A stretch of DNA of 64,000 nt from sequence record OR062945.1. One strand, given 5' to 3'. This document shows, in pieces, positions 1-8,362 of the stretch. This DNA comes from Escherichia phage 308Ecol101PP. How positions within the stretch are numbered: position 1 is the stretch's first letter; the number at the start of each line of letters is the position of its first letter. The translations under genes were made by a program, and so were the position numbers. The notes below the pieces were generated by a model. The model saw only the letters and a program-made list of their open reading frames with translations. It had not been told where the DNA came from and did not search any database.

Positions 1-210
1 GATAAAATCCACGGTGAAGAAGAGTTCGTTCCTCCGGCATGGAACGAAATAATGAAAATGGTTGAACGACGTGAAAATGCTGCCAAATCGGCAGCAAAAC
101 ATCCGTGCCCGGAATGTGGAACTATCCAAGTCCAACTGGTTAACTGGACCACTAATAACTTGAAATTGAAATGCCGTAAATGCTTCCACAAATTTGAGAG
201 AACATTATAA
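1..210 (+). CDS. hypothetical protein, C-terminal fragment with zinc-ribbon-like Cys pairs; 5' end lies outside the window
   Basis: Frame 1 is open from the window edge to TAA at 208-210; translation ends ...CPECG...CRKCFHKFERTL. Confidence 0.4.
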   Translation, partial: DKIHGEEEFVPPAWNEIMKMVERRENAAKSAAKHPCPECGTIQVQLVNWTTNNLKLKCRKCFHKFERTL

Positions 211-623
211 TGAGATATAGCCTTCGTTGTTTTATCGCAGCTTTAGTTTTTGCTATTATTCCATTCATTTGGAACAGCCAGAATACTTACATGGAAACTA
301 AAGTAATTCCTGTGGAGGTAGTGGAATTAATCTCAGGCCAATCTACAGGAAAATATTCTAAATTAGAATTTATTGCAGTCTATAAAGATGAGCAAGGACG
401 AGTTTTTGACAGGCGTGTATCGCCATCGTTTTATACGCTTCTGAATAAAGGTGATACGATAGCTATAGAAATTCGTGAGATGGATATCAAACAAACTACT
501 AAAGATAACTTGATTTGGTTCTTTGGTACAGTGTTGTTGGTTTCTATCTGTATCACAGGTTTTATTACATGTATTGTATTTGGCATTGCATATTTAATCG
601 ATGAAAGGAAAAATAATGTTTAA
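210..623 (+). CDS. hypothetical membrane protein
   Basis: 137-aa ORF with hydrophobic N- and C-terminal segments; start overlaps upstream stop (TAATG). Confidence 0.5.
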   Translation: MRYSLRCFIAALVFAIIPFIWNSQNTYMETKVIPVEVVELISGQSTGKYSKLEFIAVYKDEQGRVFDRRVSPSFYTLLNKGDTIAIEIREMDIKQTTKDNLIWFFGTVLLVSICITGFITCIVFGIAYLIDERKNNV

Positions 624-879
624 AGTGTACGGGTATGACTCTACTATTCATAAATGCATTTATTGCGATAATGCGAAACGATTGCTGACTGTTAAGAAAC
701 AACCATTCGAATTCATTAATGTTATGCCAGAAAAAGGTGTGTTCGATGATGAGAAAATTGCTGAGCTTCTGGTTAAGCTTGGTCGTGAATCACAAGTTGG
801 ATTGACTATGCCTCAAGTGTTTGCTCCTGATGGAACTTCGATCGGTGGCTTTGACCAACTACGAGAATATTTTAAATGA
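616..879 (+). CDS. nrdC: NrdC thioredoxin/glutaredoxin
   Basis: 87 aa starting MFKVYGYD with a CIYC redox motif; matches T4 NrdC in length and sequence from memory; start moved from track ATG 601 to ATG 616. Confidence 0.85.
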   Translation: MFKVYGYDSTIHKCIYCDNAKRLLTVKKQPFEFINVMPEKGVFDDEKIAELLVKLGRESQVGLTMPQVFAPDGTSIGGFDQLREYFK

Positions 880-1232
880 CATATTCATTAAATCTTAAAG
901 ATTTCCAAGATGTATACGAAGTTTGTGCCAATGAACTTGGTCCTGATGCTCCAACTATTATTGAAGTTTTAAATGTGCTCCCTTCATCATTAGCTTACGA
1001 AGCCAAATCATGTGGTTGGAACGACACTGTCGTTCGTGATGACCTTTACGTCCTGATGAACGATATGATGGTTAAAAAGGCAGAACCGGTTGCACCAATG
1101 GTTACCATTACCGTTGAAGAATATAATCGCCTGCAAGCCATTGAAGAGCTTCTGTGGAACATTGAATGTGACCTGCCATCCGGACTAGAATCCTGGATTG
1201 ATTATGAAGAGCTCAATAAACTCCGGGGTTAA
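876..1232 (+). CDS. hypothetical protein
   Basis: 118-aa ORF, start overlaps nrdC stop; acidic. Confidence 0.45.
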   Translation: MTYSLNLKDFQDVYEVCANELGPDAPTIIEVLNVLPSSLAYEAKSCGWNDTVVRDDLYVLMNDMMVKKAEPVAPMVTITVEEYNRLQAIEELLWNIECDLPSGLESWIDYEELNKLRG

Positions 1233-1360
1233 ACCGTGGTATTCGGCTCGATGGGAGACAGTCGAGCCAGACGTCGAAACAGTTTACAATGACGAAGAAA
1301 CGTGTTATGATGAACCTTCAATAAATGAATTAATTGATATGGAAATGGGAAGAGATTATT

Positions 1361-1531
1361 ATGCAAGTTAAATTATTGTACCGTTTATTAAAAAATGGCA
1401 AGCATGATTGGTATTTGCTTATTAAAACCGATCCGAATTTTTTCTCTGGACAACCATTTACAGTTCGTCCTACTAAACGTCAGCTTCGCAAAGCTAAACG
1501 TTCCCATCGTAACTTTTATAGAGAATATTGA
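1361..1531 (+). CDS. small basic protein with C-terminal RPTKRQLRKAKR tail
   Basis: Track ORF 1334..1531 begins at TTG; first ATG at 1361; the C-terminal motif recurs in three other small ORFs in the window. Confidence 0.4.
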   Translation: MQVKLLYRLLKNGKHDWYLLIKTDPNFFSGQPFTVRPTKRQLRKAKRSHRNFYREY

Positions 1532-1532
1532 T

Positions 1533-1946
1533 ATGAATATTTCTGAAACTCGCGGTAAATGGTTCAAGATTGTTAAAGAAGACGAAGAACTCCAAGATAA
1601 GTTTCCTGAATTAAAGAAAGATACGATCATCAAGGTAATTGGTACTACTACCGAAGATGGTTATGGCGACCATGGCATTATCGAAGTGATGTTGAACACA
1701 GGTGAGAAACTTTGCATCTATGACCGTGATACTTCTCTTTGGTGCTTCTGGGAATCCCATTCAATAGATGAACTCGAAGAAATTGACCAAGTAGTTTGTG
1801 ATGGTGGACTTGGCGAATTCGAAGGTGAACGTATTTCTTATGCTTTAGCTAAATTAGCCGCCCAAGAAAATAATGACGGTTATGAAGGTAATCTGATGCA
1901 AGCCGCAGCGGAATACATTGAATATTTAGAAAGACGTTTAAGTTAA
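1533..1946 (+). CDS. hypothetical acidic protein
   Basis: Track ORF 1395..1946; internal ATG at 1533 follows the stop of the preceding ORF. Confidence 0.45.
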   Translation: MNISETRGKWFKIVKEDEELQDKFPELKKDTIIKVIGTTTEDGYGDHGIIEVMLNTGEKLCIYDRDTSLWCFWESHSIDELEEIDQVVCDGGLGEFEGERISYALAKLAAQENNDGYEGNLMQAAAEYIEYLERRLS

Positions 1947-1955
1947 GGGCTTATT

Positions 1956-2135
1956 ATGAAAACTGCATTATTTTTTGGCGAAAGAACAAACGGTCAAAAA
2001 TCTTGGAAATTTGTTATAATTGGTGCTCCAAACAATCCGAACATGAGGACTTCAATCATTTCGGTAACACGTCCTACTAAAAGAATGATTCGCCAATACA
2101 AACGTTTCCATCGTGACTTTTATAACATTTATTAA
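1956..2135 (+). CDS. small protein with C-terminal RPTKRMIRQYKRFHRDFY tail (not in ORF track, 59 aa)
   Basis: Hand-translated ATG 1956 to TAA 2133-2135; its 3' end is about 75 percent identical at DNA level to the 3' end of 1361..1531. Confidence 0.4.
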   Translation: MKTALFFGERTNGQKSWKFVIIGAPNNPNMRTSIISVTRPTKRMIRQYKRFHRDFYNIY

Positions 2136-2137
2136 AT

Positions 2138-2145
2138 TATAAATA
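2138..2145 (+). promoter_or_regulatory. T4-type late promoter (TATAAATA) upstream of gene 49
   Basis: Exact TATAAATA about 29 nt upstream of the gene 49 ATG. Confidence 0.5.
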
Positions 2146-2168
2146 CCCTTATCTAATATGGTAAGGGT
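2145..2168 (+). promoter_or_regulatory. inverted repeat that can sequester the gene 49 ribosome-binding site
   Basis: Arms ACCCTTA (2145-2151) and TAAGGGT (2162-2168); the downstream arm contains the Shine-Dalgarno sequence. Confidence 0.45.
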
Positions 2169-2173
2169 TTATT

Positions 2174-2647
2174 ATGTTATTATCTGGCAAATTATACAAA
2201 GAAGAAAAACAAAAATTTTATGATGCACAGAATGGTAAGTGTCCTATTTGCCACCGTGAATTAGACCCTGATGTTCAAGGTAACCATCTTGACCACGACC
2301 ACGAATTAAACGGGCCAAAAGCAGGTAGAGTTCGTGGGTTACTCTGTAATCTGTGCAACGCAGCAGAAGGCCAAATGAAGCATAAGTTCAACCGTTCCGG
2401 TCTTAAAGGACGTGATGTCGACTACCTCGAATGGCTTGAAGCTCTTCTTGCTTATTTGAAACAAGATTATTCTGATAATAATATCCATCCTAATTTTGTT
2501 CCAGACAAAACTAAAGAGTTCTCAAGACTAGGTAAAGAGGAAATGATGGCTGAGATGCTTCAAAGAGGATTTGAATATAATGAATCTGATACCAAAACAC
2601 AATTAATAGCTTCATTCAAAAAGCAGCTTAGAAAGAGTTTAAAATGA
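2174..2647 (+). CDS. 49: endonuclease VII (Holliday junction resolvase)
   Basis: 157 aa, N-terminal CPIC...C...C zinc site and HLDHDHELNG motif; matches T4 gp49 from memory. Confidence 0.9.
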   Translation: MLLSGKLYKEEKQKFYDAQNGKCPICHRELDPDVQGNHLDHDHELNGPKAGRVRGLLCNLCNAAEGQMKHKFNRSGLKGRDVDYLEWLEALLAYLKQDYSDNNIHPNFVPDKTKEFSRLGKEEMMAEMLQRGFEYNESDTKTQLIASFKKQLRKSLK

Positions 2648-4461
2648 AAATTGAAAAAGAAATTGAAGGATTAATTCATAAAACTAATAAAGATCTTTTG
2701 AACGAGAATGCTAATAAAGATTCTCGTGTTTTTCCAACTCAACGGGACCTTATGGCTGGTATTGTGTCTAAGCACATTGCCAAAAATATGGTCCCGTCTT
2801 TTATTATGAAAGCACATGAAAGCGGAATTATCCATTTCCATGATATTGATTATTCCCCTGCTCTTCCATTTACTAATTGCTGTTTAGTAGATTTAAAAGG
2901 AATGCTTGAAAACGGGTTTAAGCTAGGTAATGCTCAAATTGAAACGCCTAAATCGATTGGTGTTGCTACTGCAATTATGGCACAAATTACCGCACAGGTT
3001 GCTTCACATCAGTACGGCGGAACGACTTTTGCTAATGTAGATAAAGTACTTTCTCCTTATGTTAAACGCACCTATGCAAAACATATTGAGGATGCAGAAA
3101 AATGGCAAATCGCTGATGCGTTGAATTATGCCCAATCTAAAACAGAAAAAGACGTATACGATGCATTTCAAGCTTATGAGTATGAAGTAAATACTCTTTT
3201 TAGCTCAAACGGTCAAACGCCTTTTGTAACAATTACATTTGGTACTGGAACTGACTGGACTGAACGAATTATTCAGAAAGCAATTCTTAAAAACCGCATT
3301 AAAGGCCTTGGTCGTGATGGAATAACTCCTATTTTCCCTAAACTTGTTATGTTCATTGAAGAGGGTGTCAATCTTTATAAAGACGACCCGAACTATGATA
3401 TTAAGCAGCTTGCTCTAGAGTGTGCAAGCAAAAGAATGTATCCTGATATTATTTCAGTTAAGAACAATAAAGCTATCACTGGTTCATCTATTCCTGTTTC
3501 TCCAATGGGTTGTCGTAGTTTCTTGAGTGTATGGAAAGATTCGACTGGAAATGAAATTCTTGATGGACGTAATAATCTTGGTGTTGTAACACTGAATCTT
3601 CCTCGTATTGCGTTAGATTCTTATATTGGAACACAATTCAATGAACAGAAATTTGTTGAGCTATTTAATGAACGAATGGATCTGTGTTTTGAAGCCTTGA
3701 TGTGTAGAATTAGTTCTTTAAAGGGTGTTAAAGCAACTGTTGCTCCTATTCTTTACCAAGAAGGTGCATTCGGGGTTCGTCTTAAACCTGATGACGATAT
3801 AATTGAGTTATTTAAAAACGGTAGAAGTTCAGTGTCCTTAGGATACATTGGTATTCACGAATTGAATATTCTTGTCGGTCGTGATATTGGACAAGAAATT
3901 TTAACTAAAATGAATGCTCGTCTTAAGCAGTGGACTGAAAGAACCGGTTTTGCTTTTAGCTTGTATTCTACTCCTGCTGAAAACCTGTGCTATCGCTTCT
4001 GTAAACTTGATACCGAGAAATATGGAAGTGTAAAAGATGTTACTGATAAAGGCTGGTACACTAATAGTTTCCATGTTTCAGTAGAAGAAAATATCACTCC
4101 GTTTGAAAAGATTTCTCGCGAAGCCCCATATCATTTCATTGCGACTGGCGGACATATTTCTTATGTTGAACTTCCTGATATGAAAAATAACCTAAAAGGT
4201 CTTGAGGCTGTATGGGATTATGCTGCACAACATTTAGATTATTTTGGTGTTAATATGCCAGTAGATAAATGTTTTACATGTGGAAGTACTCATGAAATGA
4301 CTCCTACTGAAACCGGATTTGTTTGTTCTATTTGTGGAGAAACTGACCCTAAAAAGATGAACACCATAAGAAGAACATGCGGTTATCTTGGAAATCCTAA
4401 CGAACGCGGATTTAATCTCGGCAAAAATAAAGAAATCATGCATAGGGTTAAACACCAATGA
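2644..4461 (+). CDS. nrdD: anaerobic ribonucleoside-triphosphate reductase
   Basis: 605 aa, C-terminal glycyl-radical region and CxxC zinc site (CFTCGS...CSICGE); uninterrupted ORF. Confidence 0.9.
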   Translation: MKIEKEIEGLIHKTNKDLLNENANKDSRVFPTQRDLMAGIVSKHIAKNMVPSFIMKAHESGIIHFHDIDYSPALPFTNCCLVDLKGMLENGFKLGNAQIETPKSIGVATAIMAQITAQVASHQYGGTTFANVDKVLSPYVKRTYAKHIEDAEKWQIADALNYAQSKTEKDVYDAFQAYEYEVNTLFSSNGQTPFVTITFGTGTDWTERIIQKAILKNRIKGLGRDGITPIFPKLVMFIEEGVNLYKDDPNYDIKQLALECASKRMYPDIISVKNNKAITGSSIPVSPMGCRSFLSVWKDSTGNEILDGRNNLGVVTLNLPRIALDSYIGTQFNEQKFVELFNERMDLCFEALMCRISSLKGVKATVAPILYQEGAFGVRLKPDDDIIELFKNGRSSVSLGYIGIHELNILVGRDIGQEILTKMNARLKQWTERTGFAFSLYSTPAENLCYRFCKLDTEKYGSVKDVTDKGWYTNSFHVSVEENITPFEKISREAPYHFIATGGHISYVELPDMKNNLKGLEAVWDYAAQHLDYFGVNMPVDKCFTCGSTHEMTPTETGFVCSICGETDPKKMNTIRRTCGYLGNPNERGFNLGKNKEIMHRVKHQ

Positions 4462-4928
4462 ATTATGATAGATTTTATCCTTGCGATTTTGTGAATGGCC
4501 CTGGTTGCAGGGTCGTTCTTTTCGTTACAGGTTGTTTGCATAAATGCGAAGGGTGTTATAATAAATCAACATGGAACGCTAGAAATGGTATTCCATTCAC
4601 GGGTGAAACACTAGAGCAATTAATTGAATGTTTGAATAATGATTATATAGAAGGATTAACTATAACTGGAGGAGACCCTCTCTATCCCGATAACAGAGAT
4701 GTTGTTCATTGCATTGCTCAAACAGTAAAAAATCTTTATCCCAATAAAAGCATTTGGTTGTGGACAGGATATAAGTTTGAAGATATTAAACAACTAGAAA
4801 TGCTTAAATATGTTGATGTTATTATTGATGGGAAGTATGAGAAAAATCTTCCGACTAAAAAGATGTGGCGAGGATCAGATAATCAGCGACTTTGGTCAAA
4901 TACCGATGGGGTGTGGAAACATGATTAA
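4458..4928 (+). CDS. nrdG: anaerobic RNR activating protein (radical SAM)
   Basis: 156 aa with Cys cluster CLHKCEGCYN; start overlaps nrdD stop (ATGA). Confidence 0.85.
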   Translation: MNYDRFYPCDFVNGPGCRVVLFVTGCLHKCEGCYNKSTWNARNGIPFTGETLEQLIECLNNDYIEGLTITGGDPLYPDNRDVVHCIAQTVKNLYPNKSIWLWTGYKFEDIKQLEMLKYVDVIIDGKYEKNLPTKKMWRGSDNQRLWSNTDGVWKHD

Positions 4929-5038
4929 ATTGAATTACATTATGGATACTATAAATGATATGATTTTTCGTTTTGGTCCAGAATTTTATTCGCAGTATAG
5001 TTTGGTGTTTATCAATGCTTAGTTAATTAAGGGTAAAT

Positions 5039-5254
5039 ATGTACAAATTTCGTAAAGGTTTAGCTGATTTTCTTACAACTGTAACGTTCTTTTTGTTTAT
5101 GGCAGTTGGAGCTATTTTTCTTATTCCTTTTACTGTTGTATTTTTCTTGATTAGTTTAATTTCTCCGGAAAAGGGTTTATCCTCCAGCGAATTCAATGAA
5201 CGTTTGGACAAAATTACTAATAAACTGAATTCTGTTCTTGATAAAAAGGCTTAA
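5039..5254 (+). CDS. hypothetical membrane protein
   Basis: 71 aa with one long hydrophobic segment. Confidence 0.45.
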   Translation: MYKFRKGLADFLTTVTFFLFMAVGAIFLIPFTVVFFLISLISPEKGLSSSEFNERLDKITNKLNSVLDKKA

Positions 5255-5256
5255 TT

Positions 5257-5574
5257 ATGATTAGTTTTGAGCGGTATGTGGTAGAGAGTTGGAAAGGTTT
5301 TGATATGTTCGGTAATGACTATTATTTTTACGAATGTAATCTAAATCCTAGTTTTTGGGCTGGACGTGAACGAGATCTCGAAGAAATTAATGCTCGTGCC
5401 GAATTGTTAGGTGAACTGCCTACGGTTTATTTTACCTTTGATGAATCTGGATTTGTTATCCAGGTTTATTTTCCTGAAGAAAACTCTGGTGAGGATTCTG
5501 TTAATCCTCCTTATTGGGCTTACCAAGGAATTATTTCTCGTGGAACAAAACTCGAACTTAAAGAACAAGATTGA
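5257..5574 (+). CDS. hypothetical protein
   Basis: 105-aa ORF immediately after previous stop. Confidence 0.45.
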   Translation: MISFERYVVESWKGFDMFGNDYYFYECNLNPSFWAGRERDLEEINARAELLGELPTVYFTFDESGFVIQVYFPEENSGEDSVNPPYWAYQGIISRGTKLELKEQD

Positions 5575-5863
5575 AATTTATGGCATCCCTGAAGAAGTAG
5601 GACGTTGTCCAGGATGTTATACTGTTACAAAACTTTTAAAGGAGCTCAATGCTCCTTATACATTTTATAAAGTCCTCACTAATAATGGTAAGATTGAATA
5701 CGACCGTCCTTTAATCGTATCTCTTGCTAAACGTGCAGGATTCACTTCACTTAATATTCGTTATCCTGTCATATTTTTAAATGATAAGAAACAAAAGAAT
5801 ATTGCAGAGTTTAAAAAGTCCTTGATTTCATTAGGATACGACTCTGATATCATAGAAGATTGA
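5570..5863 (+). CDS. nrdH: glutaredoxin-like protein (NrdH-like), start codon uncertain
   Basis: CPGC redox motif and glutaredoxin-like sequence begin at KIEIYGIPEEVGRCPGCY; no in-frame ATG/GTG/TTG near the homologous N-terminus (in-frame ATT at 5570). Confidence 0.55.
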   Translation: MEIYGIPEEVGRCPGCYTVTKLLKELNAPYTFYKVLTNNGKIEYDRPLIVSLAKRAGFTSLNIRYPVIFLNDKKQKNIAEFKKSLISLGYDSDIIED

Positions 5864-5889
5864 CCAGGTGCCGCCTGGTCTTCTTTATC
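5862..5889 (+). terminator. rho-independent terminator after nrdH
   Basis: Stem GACCAGG/CCTGGTC with loop TGCCG, followed by a T-rich tract. Confidence 0.55.
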
Positions 5890-5971
5890 TCATTTCTAAT
5901 ATAATCCATTGGAATCTTCACTTCACTATCTCCTTGTGCCCCTCTCAAATCGAAAATATTTTCATAAAACA

Positions 5972-6000
5972 GTTTACATCCTCAATAGATGTGTTAAGAT
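5972..6000 (+). promoter_or_regulatory. candidate early promoter (GTTTAC ... TAAGAT)
   Basis: -35-like GTTTAC and -10-like TAAGAT with 17-nt spacing. Confidence 0.35.
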
Positions 6001-6028
6001 TAAACCATCTACTATAGAGGAAAATAAA

Positions 6029-6211
6029 ATGACAATTGAAGATAAAGAAATTAAGGTCGACCAGTACTATTCTGTCAATGGTAATGCAGTACAGATAACC
6101 AGAGTTTCAAGCCTGGATGTTTGGTACCGTTCAATCAAATATCCAGAAATTGGTGAAATGCTTTGTGACCGTGGTATCTTCTGTTCAATTGCAAAGGAAA
6201 TTAAGCCATGA
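6029..6211 (+). CDS. hypothetical protein
   Basis: Track ORF 5909..6211; ATG at 6029 preceded by AGGAAAATAAA. Confidence 0.35.
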   Translation: MTIEDKEIKVDQYYSVNGNAVQITRVSSLDVWYRSIKYPEIGEMLCDRGIFCSIAKEIKP

Positions 6212-6456
6212 TTAGTTTAGATTCAAAGAAAGTTGTTCTAACTCTTAATGTAAACAACGAACGTCTGGTGTTCATTACCATTTCTGATTTGAACGTTGAA
6301 ATTGCTAATGGCGTCCGTACTTATCAAACGTATAAAACACATTGGGACTATATCCCAATGTTGACGCTTACTCAGCGTTTAGAATCAATTGGTCTTAAAG
6401 ACCTTTCAGTAAGTGAAGTGAATTTTATCAAACGCATTGTATCAATCAACCTCTGA
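6208..6456 (+). CDS. hypothetical protein
   Basis: 82-aa ORF, start overlaps previous stop. Confidence 0.4.
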   Translation: MISLDSKKVVLTLNVNNERLVFITISDLNVEIANGVRTYQTYKTHWDYIPMLTLTQRLESIGLKDLSVSEVNFIKRIVSINL

Positions 6457-6463
6457 GGTACTT

Positions 6464-6757
6464 ATGGGTAAAACGTATCGTCGTAAAGATTTGAAAGTTC
6501 GCGATTACGACTATTTTGGTAAGCGTAAAGCTCCTGACGGTGTTAGTCACAAAGACATGGTTGAAAACATTTTCCGCTCAGATAAATGGAAACGTATGAA
6601 AGGCGTTGATTCCGAAGTCAAGAACGAAATGAATCGACAACTCCGCAAAGAAGTTCGTAAGTTGAAAAAAGATGTTTACAGTAAAGAAGATTATGATTAT
6701 AATACTTCTCATACTGAAGCCAAACGTAAAGCTAACGAATGTTATCGTTACAGTTGA
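6464..6757 (+). CDS. hypothetical basic protein
   Basis: Track ORF 6437..6757; ATG 6464 preceded by GAGGTA; Lys/Arg-rich. Confidence 0.4.
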   Translation: MGKTYRRKDLKVRDYDYFGKRKAPDGVSHKDMVENIFRSDKWKRMKGVDSEVKNEMNRQLRKEVRKLKKDVYSKEDYDYNTSHTEAKRKANECYRYS

Positions 6758-6764
6758 GGAAATT

Positions 6765-6899
6765 ATGAATATCAAACGAATGCTTTTTAAGCAGGGATTA
6801 TATACTTTAAATGTTAATCCAAAGGGTGATACAACTAAATGGTCCGTAAATGACTGGATTAAGTTCATCGATGAAAATGGGGCGTGGAACACAAAATGA
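6765..6899 (+). CDS. hypothetical small protein (44 aa)
   Basis: Internal ATG of track ORF 6672..6899 with GAGGA Shine-Dalgarno. Confidence 0.3.
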   Translation: MNIKRMLFKQGLYTLNVNPKGDTTKWSVNDWIKFIDENGAWNTK

Positions 6900-7096
6900 A
6901 TCCTGAAAATATTGTGTCATGGCAACTTCGTGAAGAACGTGCCGAATTCTTTGCCAATATGAAACTCAACGGCGTTGAGGACGAAGACTTTTTACGTTGG
7001 TTCTGGATTTACAAATACAAAGAATGCCAGCACGCTGTACTACTGACTTGTGCAGCTATGTATGAAGGCTGGAAAGGCGCTAAAAAGTTCGGTTAA
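6896..7096 (+). CDS. hypothetical protein
   Basis: ATG 6896 overlaps previous stop (ATGA). Confidence 0.4.
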   Translation: MNPENIVSWQLREERAEFFANMKLNGVEDEDFLRWFWIYKYKECQHAVLLTCAAMYEGWKGAKKFG

Positions 7097-7099
7097 TAA

Positions 7100-7128
7100 T
7101 GTACAACGATAGGAAGACGTGTTATTAT
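7100..7128 (+). promoter_or_regulatory. candidate early promoter (TGTACA ... TATTAT) inside a 10-bp inverted repeat
   Basis: 17-nt spacing; arms GATAGGAAGA (7108-7117) and TCTTCCTATC (7129-7138) flank the -10. Confidence 0.45.
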
Positions 7129-7159
7129 CTTCCTATCGTCTTAAAATGAGGAAAATATC

Positions 7160-7399
7160 ATGGAACAAGAATTAGACGTTATTACATCGAAAAAACGTCT
7201 TGAAGTCGTAGTGAATGGCTCAACTATTAAGTTTGTATATGACACTTTAACTGATGCTATTACCGTTAGTTGTGGTGGAAAGGCTTTTAGTCTAGATTCT
7301 ACTGAAAACAAATACCCGTTCTATAAAGGTATCTTTGATATGGGTGTTGATATCAGTGTTCGTCAAGCAAACTATTTACATTATCTTATCACGGAATAA
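7160..7399 (+). CDS. hypothetical protein
   Basis: 79-aa ORF with GAGGAAAATATC upstream. Confidence 0.45.
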   Translation: MEQELDVITSKKRLEVVVNGSTIKFVYDTLTDAITVSCGGKAFSLDSTENKYPFYKGIFDMGVDISVRQANYLHYLITE

Positions 7400-7428
7400 T
7401 GCACAAACTCTTGAGAGCAGAGTATAAT
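7399..7428 (+). promoter_or_regulatory. candidate promoter (ATGCAC ... TATAAT) with 6-bp inverted repeat; element recurs at 52681
   Basis: TATAAT at 7423-7428 flanked by GAGAGC/GCTCTC; a near-identical 33-nt element lies at 52684-52716. Confidence 0.45.
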
Positions 7429-7467
7429 GCTCTCTCATTGGATAATAAAATAACCGAGGAAAATAAT

Positions 7468-7800
7468 ATGTCTACTAAAATCAAAAACGTAGTTAATTCT
7501 TTCGCTTTCGATAAAGTTGTTGCTCTTCTGGAATCCGGCAATATTGTTACTCCTCAAGTCCTTGACGCGTGGGAATTCCGTCTTTATGAAATCATGCAAA
7601 AACACGACCAGAAAATTGGACGTAATTCTATTCGTGAAATTCTAGTACAATATATTCTTTCTGAATTTGACGTTGCTGCATTTGGTGTTGAATCTAAAGC
7701 TTATCAGAAACATGAAATCTCTGAAAAGACTATCCGTCGTATGAAAAATCAACGTAAGAAAAAATTCGTTGACCTGAAAATTGTTAAGGCGGTAAAATGA
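7468..7800 (+). CDS. hypothetical protein
   Basis: Track ORF 7399..7800 starts inside the promoter element; ATG 7468 has GAGGAAAATAAT upstream. Confidence 0.45.
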   Translation: MSTKIKNVVNSFAFDKVVALLESGNIVTPQVLDAWEFRLYEIMQKHDQKIGRNSIREILVQYILSEFDVAAFGVESKAYQKHEISEKTIRRMKNQRKKKFVDLKIVKAVK

Positions 7801-8024
7801 GCGTATTAACAGAATCTTTGATTAATGACCTGCGTCTAGCTGGTTACGAAGTTGGTACAAATAGCCTAGGTCTTTCTCAGATTGAAGGGCTTGGATTTAT
7901 CCTAGAATATGAATTCAAACAATGGTGGCTATATGCTACGGCTGACGATGCGTTGAATATCGATTTCGTTGACCAATTTGATTCGTTGGATGATGCTCTT
8001 GAAGCAGCAAAGGAACTAGAATGA
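7797..8024 (+). CDS. hypothetical acidic protein
   Basis: 75-aa ORF, ATGA overlap with previous gene. Confidence 0.45.
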   Translation: MSVLTESLINDLRLAGYEVGTNSLGLSQIEGLGFILEYEFKQWWLYATADDALNIDFVDQFDSLDDALEAAKELE

Positions 8025-8290
8025 AATTAACTCGAATCAGTATAACTGAAGAAAAGCTGGGCGAATTTTATGTTGACGAATATATGAAAGTCACGTATTT
8101 TCCATTCGTTAAAGGTGTTGGTTTTTGGGAAACTCATGTATCTCAATTAAACGAAGGCGACTATAACGAAACACATGAGAACTTTTTAGATTTTCTTTAT
8201 AATGCCGGTCTTACTGAGCTTTATATCGATATCCATGAGTTCAAACGTTTAATGGAAAAAGTGTTTCAGGCTTATTGTTTGCTCCGATAG
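8021..8290 (+). CDS. hypothetical protein
   Basis: 89-aa ORF, ATGA overlap with previous gene. Confidence 0.45.
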   Translation: MKLTRISITEEKLGEFYVDEYMKVTYFPFVKGVGFWETHVSQLNEGDYNETHENFLDFLYNAGLTELYIDIHEFKRLMEKVFQAYCLLR

Positions 8291-8297
8291 TATCTCG

Positions 8298-8341
8298 TGC
8301 TTTAAGATAGGTCTCTAAATATTATGATATAATAGACCTAT
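8298..8341 (+). promoter_or_regulatory. promoter region upstream of gene 55 (TGCTTTA box; TATAAT at 8328-8333; inverted repeat ATAGGTCT/AGACCTAT)
   Basis: The -10 hexamer sits in the loop of an 8-bp inverted repeat; the MotA-box-like TGCTTTA is too far from this -10 to be its partner. Confidence 0.4.
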
Positions 8342-8362
8342 GAATTGAGCTAAGAGGTACTT

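Noticed and set aside
2644-4461. Possible group I intron in nrdD, as in T4
   Set aside because: The NrdD reading frame is continuous over 605 aa with no insertion, so no intron is present in this gene.
4810-5022. 70-aa ORF overlapping the 3' end of nrdG
   Set aside because: Mostly out-of-frame overlap with nrdG; only a 33-aa tail lies beyond nrdG and it has no ribosome-binding site.
8298-8304. MotA box (TGCTTTA) upstream of gene 55 as a middle promoter
   Set aside because: The nearest -10 hexamer is about 23 nt downstream, too far for the 11-13-nt MotA spacing; reported only as part of a promoter region.
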